Shown in pieces: positions 12,651-23,800 of a stretch of DNA of 64,000 nucleotides. The stretch lies in contig OZ024740.1 of the NCBI GenBank assembly GCA_964016885.1, positions 336,598,001-336,662,000 on the forward strand, read 5' to 3'. This DNA is from Eledone cirrhosa (Eukaryota). Position 1 is the first letter of the stretch, and each line of letters begins with the position of its first letter. The notes below the pieces were generated by a model that worked only from the letters and a program-made list of their open reading frames with translations, did no database searches and was not told where the DNA came from. A program made the translations under genes and the position numbers.

Positions 12651-15600
12651 CTGGGGGTGTTGGATCTCTGTGGTTGGGGTTGGAGCTGGGGGTGTTGGAT
12701 CTCTGTGGTTGGGGTTGGAGCTGGGGGTGTTGGATCTCTGTGGTTGGGGTTGGAGCTGGGGGTGTTGGATCTCTGTGGTTGGAGTTGGAGCTGGGGATGT
12801 TGGATCTCTGTGGTTGGACTTGGAGCTGGGGGTGTTGGATCTCTGTGGTTGGGTTTGGAGCTGGGGTGTTGGATCTCTGTGGTTGGAGTTGGAGCTGGGG
12901 GTGTTGGATCTCTGTGGTTGGGGTTGGAGCTGGGGGTGTTGGATCTCTGTGGTTGGGGTTGGAGCTGGGGGTGTTGGATCTCTGTGGTTGGAGTTGGAGC
13001 TGGGGGTGTTGGATCTCTGTGGTTGGGGTTGGAGCTGGGGGTGTTGGATCTCTGTGGTTGGGGTTGGAGCTGGGGGTGTTGGATCTCTGTGGTTGGGGTT
13101 GGAGCTGGAGGTGTTGGATCTCTGTGGTTGGTGTTGGAGCTGGGGGTGTTGGATATCTGTGGTTGGGGTTGGAGCTGGGGGGGGGGTTGATCTCTGTGGT
13201 TTGGGTTGGAGCTGGAGGTGTTGGATCTCTGTCGGGTTGGAGCTGGGGGTGTTGGATCTCTGTGGTTGGGGCTGGAGCTGGGGGTGTTGGATCTCTGTGG
13301 TTGGGGTTTGAGCTGGGGGTGTTGGATCTCTGTGGTTGGGGTTGGAGCTGGGGGTGTTGGATCTCTGTCGTTGGGGTTGGAGCTGGAGGTGTTGGATCTC
13401 TGTGGTTGGAGTTGGAGCTGGGGGTGTTGGATCTCTGTGGTTGGAGTTGGAGCTGGGGGTGTTGGATCTCTGTGGTTGGGGTTTGAGCTGGGGGTGTTGG
13501 ATCTCTGTGGTTGGAGTTGGAGCTGGGGGTGTTGGATCTCTGTGGTTGGAGTTGGAGCTGGGGGTGTTGGATCTCTGTGGTTGGAGTTGGAGCTGGGGTT
13601 GTTGGATCTCTGTGGTTGGGGTTGGAGCTGGGGGTGTTGGATCTCTGTGGTTGGGGTTGGAGCTGGAGGTGTTGGATCTCTGTGGGGTTGGAGCTGGGGG
13701 TGTTGGATCTCTGTGGTTGGGGTTGGAGCTGGGGGTGTTGGATCTCTGTGGTTGGAGTTGGAGCTGGGGGTGTTGGATCTCTGTGGTTGGAGTTGGAGCT
13801 GGGGGTGTTGGATCTCTGTGGTTGGAGTTGGAGCTGGGGGTGTTGGATCTCTGTGATTGGAGTTGGAACTGGGGGTGTTGGATCTCTGTGGTTGGAGTTG
13901 GAGCTGGGGGTGTTGGATCTCTGTGGTTGGAGTTGGAGCTGGGGGTGTTGGATCTCTGTGGTTGGAGTTGGAGCTGGGGGTGTTGGATCGCTGTGGTTGG
14001 GGTTGGAGCTGGGAGTGTTGGATCTCTGTGATTGGGGTTGGAGCTGGGGGTGTTGGATCTCTGTGGTTGGGGTTGGAGCTGGGGGTGTTGGATCTCTGTG
14101 GTTGGAGTTGGAGCTGGGGGTGTTGGATCTCTGTGGTTGGAGTTGGAGCTGGGGGTGTTGGATCTCTGTGGTTGGGGTTGGAGCTGGGGGTGTTGGATCT
14201 CTGTGGTTGGAGTTGGAGCTGGGGGTGTTGGATCTCTGTGGTTGGGGTTGGAGCTGGGGGTGTTGGATCTCTGTGGTTGGGGTTGGAGCTGGGGTGTTGG
14301 ATATCTGTGGTTGGGGTTGGAGCTGGGGTGTTGGATATCTGTGGTTGGGGTTGGAGCTGGGGTGTTGGATATCTGTGGTTGGGGTTGGAGCTGGGGGTGT
14401 TGGATCTCTGTGGTTGGGGTTGGAGCTGGGAGTGTTGGATCTCTGTGGTTGTGGTTGGAGCTGGGGTGTTGGATATCTGTGGTTGGGGTTGGAGCTGGGG
14501 GTGGTGGATCTCTGTGGTTGGGGTTGGAGCTGGAGGTGTTGGATCTCTGTCGGGTTGGAGCTGGGGGTGTTGGATCTCTGTGGTTGGGGCTGGAGCTGGG
14601 GGTGTTGGATCTCTGTGGTTGGGGTTGGAGCTGGGGGTGTTGGATCTCTGTGGTTGGGGTTGGAGCTGGGGGTGTTGGATCTCTGTGGTTGGGGTTGGAG
14701 CTGGAGGTGTTGGATCTCTGTGGGGTTGGAGCTGGGGGTGTTGGATATCTATGGTTGGGGTTGGAGCTGGGGGTGTTGGATCTCTGTGGTTGGGGTTGGA
14801 GCTGGAGGTGTTGGATCTCTGTGGTTGGGGTTGGAGCTGGGGGTGTTGGATCTCTGTGGTTGGGGTTGGAGCTGGGGGTGTTGGATCTCTGTGGTTGGGG
14901 TTGGAGCTGGAGTTGTTGGATCTCTGTGGGGTTGGAGCTGGGGGTGTTGGATCTCTGTGGGGTTGGAGCTGGGGGTGTTGGATCTCTGTGGTTGGGGTTG
15001 GAGCTGGGGGTTTTGGATCTCTGTGGTTGGGGTTGGAGCTGGAGGTGTTGGATCTCTGTGGGGTTGGAGCTGGGGGTGTTGGATCTCTGTGGGGTTGGAG
15101 CTGGGGGTGTTGGATCTCTGTGGTTGGGGTTGGAGCTAGGGGTGTTGGATCTCTGTGGTTGGAGTTGGAGCTGGGGGTGTTGGATCTCTGTGGTTGGAGT
15201 TGGAGCTGCGGGTGTTGGATCTCTGTGGTTGGAGTTGGAGCTGGGGGTGTTGGATCTCTGTGGTTGGGGTTGGAGCTGGGGGTGTTGGATCTCTGTGGTT
15301 GGGGTTGGAGCTGGGGGTGTTGGATCTCTGTGGTTGGAGTTGGAGCTGGGGATGTTGGATCTCTGTGGTTGGAGTTGGAGCTGGGGGTGTTGGATCTCTG
15401 TGGTTGGGTTTGGAGCTGGGGGTGTTGGATCTCTGTGGTTGGAGTTGGAGCTGGGGGTGTTGGATCTCTGTGGTTGGGGTTGGAGCTGGGGGTGTTGGAT
15501 CTCTGTGGTTGGGGTTGGAGCTGGGGGTGTTGGATCTCTGTGGTTGGAGTTGGAGCTGGGGGTGTTGGATCTCTGTGGTTGGGGTTGGAGCTGGGGGTGT

Positions 15601-17700
15601 TGGATCTCTGTGGTTGGGGTAGGAGCTGGGGGTGTTGGATCTCTGTGGTTGGGGTTGGAGCTGGAGGTGTTGGATCTCTGTGGTTGGTGTTGGAGCTGGG
15701 GGTGTTGGATATCTGTGGTTGGGGTTGGAGCTGGGGGGGGGGGGGTTGATCTCTGTGGTTTGGGTTGGAGCTGGAGGTGTTGGATCTCTGTCGGGTTGGA
15801 GCTGGGGGTGTTGGATCTCTGTGGTTGGGGCTGGAGCTGGGGGTGTTGGATCTCTGTGGTTGGGGTTTGAGCTGGGGGTGTTGGATCTCTGTGGTTGGGG
15901 TTGGAGCTGGGGGTGTTGGATCTCTGTGGTTGGGGTTGGAGCTGGAGGTGTTGGATCTCTGTGGTTGGAGTTGGAGCTGGGGGTGTTGGATCTCTGTGGT
16001 TGGAGTTGGAGCTGGGGGTGTTGGATCTCTGTGGTTGGGGTTTGAGCTGGGGGTGTTGGATCTCTGTGGTTGGAGTTGGAGCTGGGGGTGTTGGATCTCT
16101 GTGGTTGGAGTGGGAGCTGGGGGTGTTGGATCTCTGTGGTTGGAGTTGGAGCTGGGGTTGTTGGATCTCTGTGGTTGGGGTTGGAGCTGGGGGTGTTGGA
16201 TCTCTGTGGTTGGGGTTGGAGCTGGAGGTGTTGGATCTCTGTGGGGTTGGAGCTGGGGGTGTTGGATCTCTGTGGTTGGGGTTGGAGCTGGGGGTGTTGG
16301 ATCTCTGTGGTTGGAGTTGGAGCTGGGGGTGTTGGATCTCTGTGGTTGGAGTTGGAGCTGGGGGTGTTGGATCTCTGTGGTTGGAGTTGGAGCTGGGGGT
16401 GTTGGATCTCTGTGATTGGAGTTGGAACTGGGGGTGTTGGATCTCTGTGGTTGGAGTTGGAGCTGGGGGTGTTGGATCTCTGTGGTTGGAGTTGGAGCTG
16501 GGGGTGTTGGATCTCTGTGGTTGGAGTTGGAGCTGGGGGTGTTGGATCTCTGTGGTTGGGGTTGGAGCTGGGGGTGTTGGATCTCTGTGGTTGGGGTTGG
16601 AGCTGGGGGTGTTGGATCTCTGTGGTTGGGGTTGGAGCTGGGGGTGTTGGATCTCTGTGGTTGGAGTTGGAGCTGGGGGTGTTGGATCTCTGTGGTTGGA
16701 GTTGGAGCTGGGGGTGTTGGATCTCTGTGGTTGGGGTTGGAGCTGGGGGTGTTGGATCTCTGTGGTTGGAGTTGGAGCTGGGGGTGTTGGATCTCTGTGG
16801 TTGGGGTTGGAGCTGGGGGTGTTGGATCTCTGTGGTTGGGGTTTGAGCTGGGGGTGTTGGATCTCTGTGGTTGGAGTTGGAGCTGGGGGTGTTGGATCTC
16901 TGTGGTTGGGGTTGGAGCTGGGGGTGTTGGATCTCTGTGGTTGGGGTTGGAGCTGGGGGTGTTGGATCTCTGTGGTTGGGGTTGGAGCTGGAGGTGTTGG
17001 ATCTCTGTGGTTGGGGTTGGAGCTGGGGTGTTGGATATCTGTGGTTGGAGTTGGAGCTGGGGGTGGTGGATCTCTGTGGTTGGGGTTGGAGCTGGAGGTG
17101 TTGGATCTCTGTCGGGTTGGAGCTGGGGGTGTTGGATCTCTGTGGTTGGGGCTGGAGCTGGGGGTGTTGGATCTCTGTGGTTGGGGTTGGAGCTGGGGGT
17201 GTTGGATCTCTGTGGTTGGGGTTGGAGCTGGGGGTGTTGGATCTCTGTGGTTGGGGTTGGAGCTGGAGGTGTTGGATCTCTGTGGGGTTGGAGCTGGAGG
17301 TGTTGGATATCTGTGGTTGGGGTTGGAGCTGGGGGTGTTGGATCTCTGTGGTTGGGGTTGGAGCTGGAGGTGTTGGATCTCTGTGGTTGGGGTTGGAGCT
17401 GGGGGTGTTGGATCTCTGTGGTTGGGGTTGGAGCTGGGGGTGTTGGATCTCTGTGGTTGGGGTTGGAGCTGGAGTTGTTGGATCTCTGTGGGGTTGGAGC
17501 TGGGGGTGTTGGATCTCTGTGGGGTTGGAGCTGGGGGTGTTGGATCTCTGTGGTTGGGGTTGGAGCTGGGGGTGTTGGATCTCTGTGGTTGGGGTTGGAG
17601 CTGGAGGTGTTGGATCTCTGTGGGGTTGGAGCTGGGGGTGTTGGATCTCTGTGGGGTTGGAGCTGGGGGTGTTGGATCTCTGTGGTTGGGGTTGGAGCTG
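12540..17700 (+). repeat. Tandem duplication, period about 2.56-2.59 kb (about 12540-15130 and 15130-17700)
   Basis: CTAGG 12546/15136, poly-G 13177/15733, GTCGGG about 13231/15790, GATTGGAGTTGGAACT about 13855/16414, AGTTGTTG 14911/17473. ORF pairs 13206/15765 and 13857/16416 have offset 2559. Confidence 0.9.
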
Positions 17701-20700
17701 GAGGTGTTGGATCTCTGTGGTTGGGGTTGGAGCTGGGCGAGTTGGATCTCTGTGGTTGGGGTTGGAGCTGGGGGTGTTGGATCTCTGTGGTTGGGGTTGG
17801 AGCTGGGGGTGTTGGATCTCTGTGATTGGGGTTGGAGATGGGGGTGTTGGATCTCTGTGGTTGGGGTTGAAGCTGTGGGTGTTGGATCTCTGTGGTTGGG
17901 GTTGGAGCTGGGGGTGTTGGATCTCTGTGGTTGGGGTTGGAGCTGGAGGTGTTGGATCTCTGTGGTTGGGGTTGGAGCTGGGGGTGTTGGATCTCTGTGG
18001 TTGGGGTTGGAGCTGGGGGTGTTGGATCTCTGTGGTTGGGGTTGGAGCTGGGGGTGTTGGATCTCTGTGGTTGGGGTTGGAGCTGGGGGTGTTGGATCTC
18101 TGTGGTTGGGGTTGGAGCTGGGGGTGTTGGATCTCTGTGGTTGGGGTTGGAGCTGGGGGTGTTGGATCTCTGTGGTTGGGGTTGGAGCTGGGGGTGTTGG
18201 ATCTCTGTGGTTGGGGTTGGAGCTGGGGGTGTTGGATCTCTGTGGTTGGGGTTGGAGCTGAGGGTGTTGGATCTCTGTGGTTGGGGTTGGAGCTGGGGGT
18301 GTTGGATCTCTGTGGTTGGGGTTGGAGCTGGGGGTGTTGGATCTCTGTGGTTGGGGTTTTAGCTGGGGGTGTTAGATCTCTGTGGTTGGGGTTGGAGCTG
18401 GGGGTGTTGGATCTCTGTGGTTGGGGTTGGAGCTGGGGTTGTTGGATCTCTGTGGTTGGGGTTGGAGCTGGGGGTGTTAGATCTCTGTGGTTGGGGTTGG
18501 AGCTGGGGGTGTTGGATCTCTGTGGTTGGGGTTGGAGCTGGGGGTGTTGGATCTCTGTGGTTGGGGTTGGAGCTGGGGGTGTTGGATCTCTCTAGTTGGG
18601 GTTGGAGCTGGGGGTGTTGGATCTCTGTGGTTGGGGTTGGAGCTGAGGGTGTTGGATCTCTGTGGTTGGGGTTGGAGCTGGAGGTGTTGGATCTCTGTGG
18701 TTGGGGTTGGAGCTGGGGGTGTTGGATATCTGTGGTTGGGGCTGAAGCTGGGGGTGTTGGATCTCTGTGGTTGGGGTTGGAGCTGGGGGTGTTGGATCTC
18801 TGTGGTTGGAGTTGGAGCTGGGGGTGTTGGATCTCTGTGGTTGGGGTTGGAGCTGGGGGTGTTGGATCTCTGTGGTTGGGGTTTGAGCTGGGGGTGTTGG
18901 ATCTCTGTGGTTGGAGTTGGAGCTGGGGGTGTTGGATCTCTGTGGTTGGGGTTGGAGCTGGGGGTGTTGGATCTCTGTGGTTGGGGTTGGAGCTGGGGGT
19001 GTTGGATCTCTGTGGTTGGGGTTGGAGCTGGAGGTGTTGGATCTCTGTGGTTGGGGTTGGAGCTGGGGTGTTGGATATCTGTGGTTGGGGTTGGAGCTGG
19101 GGGTGGTGGATCTCTGTGGTTGGGGTTGGAGCTGGAGGTGTTGGATCTCTGTCGGGTTGGGGCTGGGGGTGTTGGATCTCTGTGGTTGGGGCTGGAGCTG
19201 GGGGTGTTGGATCTCTGTGGTTGGGGTTGGAGCTTGGGGTGTTGGATCTCTGTGGTTGGGGTTGGAGCTGGGGGTGTTGGATCTCTGTGGTTGGGGTTGG
19301 AGCTGGAGGTGTTGGATCTCTGTGGGGTTGGAGCTGGGGGTGTTGGATATCTGTGGTTGGGGTTGGAACTGGGGGTGTTGGATCTCTGTGGTTGGGGTTG
19401 GAGCTGGAGGTGTTGGATCTCTGTGGTTGGGGTTGGAGCTGGGGGTGTTGGATGTCTGTTGTTGGGGTTGGAGCTGGGGGTGTTGGATCTCTGTGGTTGG
19501 GGTTGGAGCTGGAGTTGTTGGATCTCTGTGGGGTTGGAGCTGGGGGTGTTGGATCTCTGTGGGGTTGGAGCTGGGGGTGTTGGATCTCTGTGGTTGGGGT
19601 TGGAGCTGGGGGTGTTGGATCTCTGTGGTTGGGGTTGGAGCTGGAGGTGTTGGATCTCTGTGGGGTTGGAGCTGGGTGTGTTGGATCTCTGTGGGGTTGG
19701 AGCTGGGGGTGTTGGATCTCTGTGGTTGGGGCTGGAGCTGGAGGTGTTGGATCTCTGTGGTTGGGGTTGGAGCTGGGGGTGTTGGATCTCTGTGGTTGGG
19801 GTTGGAGCTGGAGGTGTTGGATCTCTGTGGTTGGGGTTGGAGCTGGGCGTGTTGGATCTCTGTGGTTGGGGTTGGAGCTGGGGGTGTTGGATCTCTGTGG
19901 TTGGGGTTGGAGCTGGGGGTGTTGGATCTCTGTGGTTGGGGTTGGAGATGGGGGTGTTGGATCTCTGTGGTTGGGGTTGAAGCTGTGGGTGTTGGATCTC
20001 TGTGGTTGGGGTTGGAGCTGGGGGTGTTGGATCTCTGTGGTTGGGGTTGGAGCTGGAGGTGTTGGATCTCTGTGGGGTTGGAGCTGGGGGTGTTGGATCT
20101 CTGTGGTTGGGGTTGGAGCTGGGGGTGTTGGATCTCTGTGGTTGGGGTTAGAGCTGGGGGTGTTGGATCTCTGTGGTTGGGGTTGGAGCTGGGGGTGTTG
20201 GATCTCTGTGGTTGGGGTTGGAGCTGGGGGTGTTGGATCTCTGTGGTTGGGGTTGGAGCTGGGGGTGTTGGATCTCTGTGGTTGGGGTTGGAGCTGGGGG
20301 TGTTGGATCTCTGTGGTTGGGGTTGGAGCTGGGGGTGTTGGATCTCTGTGGTTGGGGTTGGAGCTGAGGGTGTTGGATCTCTGTGGTTGGGGTTGGAGCT
20401 GGGGGTGTTGGATCTCTGTGGTTGGGGTTGGAGCTGGGGGTGTTAGATCTCTGTGGTTGGGGTTGGAGCTGGGGGTGTTGGATCTCTGTGGTTGGGGTTG
20501 GAGCTGGGGTTCTTGGATCTCTGTGGTTGGGGTTGGAGCTGGGGGTGTTAGATCTCTGTGGTTGGGGTTGGAGCTGGGGGTGTTGGATCTCTGTGGTTGG
20601 GGTTGGAGCTGGGGGTGTTGGATCTCTGTGGTTGGGGTTGGAGCTGGGGGTGTTGGATCTCTGTGGTTGGGGTTGGAGCTGGGGGTGTTGGATCTCTGTG

Positions 20701-20830
20701 GTTGGGGTTGGAGCTGAGGGTGTTGGATCTCTGTGGTTGGGGTTGGAGCTGGAGGTGTTGGATCTCTGCGGTTGGGGTTGGAGCTGGGGGTGTTGGATAT
20801 CTGTGGTTGGGGCTGAAGCTGGGGGTGTTG
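16700..20830 (+). repeat. Tandem duplication, period about 2.04-2.11 kb (about 16700-18770 and 18770-20830)
   Basis: TTTGAGC 16842/18882, GTCGGG 17111/19151, GGGCG about 17735/19845, GAAGCTGTGGG about 17869/19979, TTAGATC about 18372/20443, GGCTGAAGCT about 18740/20811. Confidence 0.85.
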
Positions 20831-23800
20831 GATCTCTGTGGTTGGGGTTGGAGCTGGAGGTGTTGGATCTCTGTGGTTGGTGTTGGAGCTGGGGGTGTTG
20901 GATCTCTGTGGTTGGGGTTGGAGCTGGGAGTGTTGGATCTCTGTGGTTGGGGTTGGAGCTGGGGGTGTTGGATCTCTGTGGTTGGGGTTGGAGCTGGGGG
21001 TGTTGGATCTCTGTGGTTGGGGTTGGAGCTGGGGGTGTTGGATCTCTGTGGTTGGGGTTGGAGCTGGAGGAGTTGGATCTCTGTGGTTGGGGTTGGAGCT
21101 GAGGGTGTTGGATCTCTGTGGTTGGGGTTGGAGCTGGAGGTGTTGGATCTCTGTGGTTGGGGTTGGAGCTGGGGGTGTTGGATCTCTGTGGTTGGGGTTG
21201 GAGCTGGAGGTGTTGGATCTCTGTGGTTGGTGTTGGAGCTGGGGGTGTTGGATCTCTGTGGTTGGGGTTGGAGCTGGGAGTGTTGGATCTCTGTGGTTGG
21301 GGTTGGAGCTGGGGGTGTTGGATCTCTGTGGTTGGGGTTGGAGCTGGGGGTGTTGGATCTCTGTGGTTGGGGTTGGAGCTGGGGGTGTTGGATCTCTGTG
21401 GTTGGGGTTGGAGCTGGAGGAGTTGGATCTCTGTGGTTGGGGTTGGAGCTGAGGGTGTTGGATCTCTGTGGTTGGGGTTGGAGCTGGAGGTGTTGGATCT
21501 CTGTGGTTGGGGTTGGAGCTGGGGGTGTTGGATCTCTGTGGTTGGGGTTGGAGCTGGAGGTGTTGGATCTCTGTGGGGTTGGAGCTGGGGGTGTTGGATC
21601 TCTGTGGGGTTGGAGCTGGGGGTGTTGGATCTCTGGGGTTGGAGTTGGAGCTGGGGGTGTTGGATCTCTGTGGTTGGGGTTGGAGCTGGAGGTGTTGGAT
21701 CTCTGTGGTTGGGGTTGGAGCTGGAGGTGTTGGATCTCTGTGGTTGGGGTTGGAGCTGGAGGTGTTGGATCTCTGTGGGGTTGGAGCTGGGGGTGTTGGA
21801 TCTCTGTTGTTGGGGTTGGAGCTGGGGGTGTTGGACCTCTGTGGAGTTGGAGCTGGGGGTGTTGGATCTCTGTGGTTGGGGTTGGAGCTGGGGGTGTTGG
21901 ACCTCTGTGGGGTTGGAGCTGGGGGTGTTGAATCTCTGTGGTTGGTGTTGGAGCTGGAGGTGTTGGATCTCTGTGGTTGGGGTTGGAGCTGGAGGTGTTG
22001 GATCTCTGTGGTTGGGGTTGGAGCTGGGGGTGTTGGATCTCTGTGGTTGGGGTTGGAGCTGGGGGTGTTGGATCTCTGTGGTTGGGGTTGGAGGTGGGGG
22101 TGTTGGATCTCTGTGTTGGGGTTGGAGCTGGAGGTGTTGTATTACTGTGGTTGGGGTTGGAGCTGGGGGTGTTGGATCTCTGTGGTTGGGGTTGGAGCTG
22201 GAGGTGTTGGATCTCTGTGGTTGGGGTTGGAGCTGGGGGTGTTGGATCTCTGTGGTTGGGGTTGGAGCTGGAGGTGTTGGATCTCTGTGGTTGGAGCTGG
22301 AGGTGTTGGATCTCTGTGGTTGGGGTTGGAGCTGGAGGTGTTGTATCTCTGTGGTTGGGGTTGGAGCTGGAGGTGTTGGATCTCTGTGGTTGGGGCTGGA
22401 GCTGGAGATGTTGGATCTCTGTGGTTGGGGTTGGAGCTGGGGGTGTTGGATCTCTGTGGTTGGAGCTGGAGGTGTTGGATCTCTGTGGTTGGGGTTGGAG
22501 CTGGAGGTGTTGGATCTCTGTGGTTGGGGTTGGAGCTGGGGGTGTTGGATCTCTGTGGTTGGGGCTGGAGCTGGAGGTGTTGGATCTCTGTGGTTGGGGT
22601 TGGATCTGGGGGTGTTGGATCTCTGTGGTTGGAGCTGGGGGTGTTGGATCTCTGTGGTTGGGGTTGGAGCTGGAGGTGTTGGATCTCTGTGGTTGGGGTT
22701 GGAGCTGGAGGTGTTAGATCTCTGTAGTTGGGGTTGGAGCTGGAGGTGTTGGATCTCTGTGGTTGGGGTTGGGGTTGGAGTTGGGGGTGTTGGATCTCTG
22801 TGGTTGGGGCTGGAGTTGGGGGTGTTGGATCTCTGTGGTTGGGGTTGGAGCTGGAGGTGTTGGATCTCTGTGGTTGGAGCTGGAGGTGTTGGATCTCTGT
22901 GATTGGGGTTGGAGCTGGAGGTGTTGGATCTCTGTGGTTGGGGTTGGAGCTGGAGGTGTTGGATCTCTGTGGTTGGGGTTGGAGCTGGAGGTGTTGGATC
23001 TCTGTGGTTGGGGTTGGAGCTGGAGGTGTTGGATCTCTGTGGTTGGGGCTGGAGCTGGGGGTGTTGGATCTCTGTGGTTGGGGCTGGAGCTGGGGGTGTT
23101 GGATCTCTGTGGTTGGGGCTGGAGCTGGGGGTGTTGGATCTCTGTGGTTGGGGCTGGAGTTGGGGGTGTTGGATCTCTGAGGTTGGGGCTGGAGCTGGGG
23201 GTGTTGGATCTCTGTGGTTGGGGCTGGAGCTGGGGGTGTTGGATCTCTGTGGTTGGGGCTGGAGCTGGGGCTGTTGGATTTCTGTGGTTGGGGTTGAAGC
23301 TGGAGGTGTTGGATCTCTGTGGTTGGGGTTGGAGCTGGGGGTGTTGGATCTCTGTGGTTGGGGTTGGAGCTGGGGGTGTTGGATCTCTGTGGTTGGGGTT
23401 GGAGCTGGGGGTGTTGGATCTCTGTGGTTGGGGTTGGAGCTGAGGGTGTTGGATCTCTGTGGTTGGGGTTGGAGCTGGAGGTGTTGGATCTCTGCGGTTG
23501 GGGTTGGAGCTGGGGGTGTTGGATATCTGTGGTTGGGGCTGAAGCTGGGGGTGTTGGATCTCTGTGGTTGGGGTTGGAGCTGGAGGTGTTGGATCTCTGT
23601 GGTTGGTGTTGGAGCTGGGGGTGTTGGATCTCTGTGGTTGGGGTTGGAGCTGGGGGTGTTGGATCTCTGTGGTTGGGGTTGGAGCTGGGGGTGTTGGATC
23701 TCTGTGGTTGGGGTTGGAGCTGGGGGTGTTGGATCTCTGTGGTTGGGGTTGGAGCTGGGGGTGTTGGATCTCTGTGGTTGGGGTTGGAGCTGGAGGAGTT

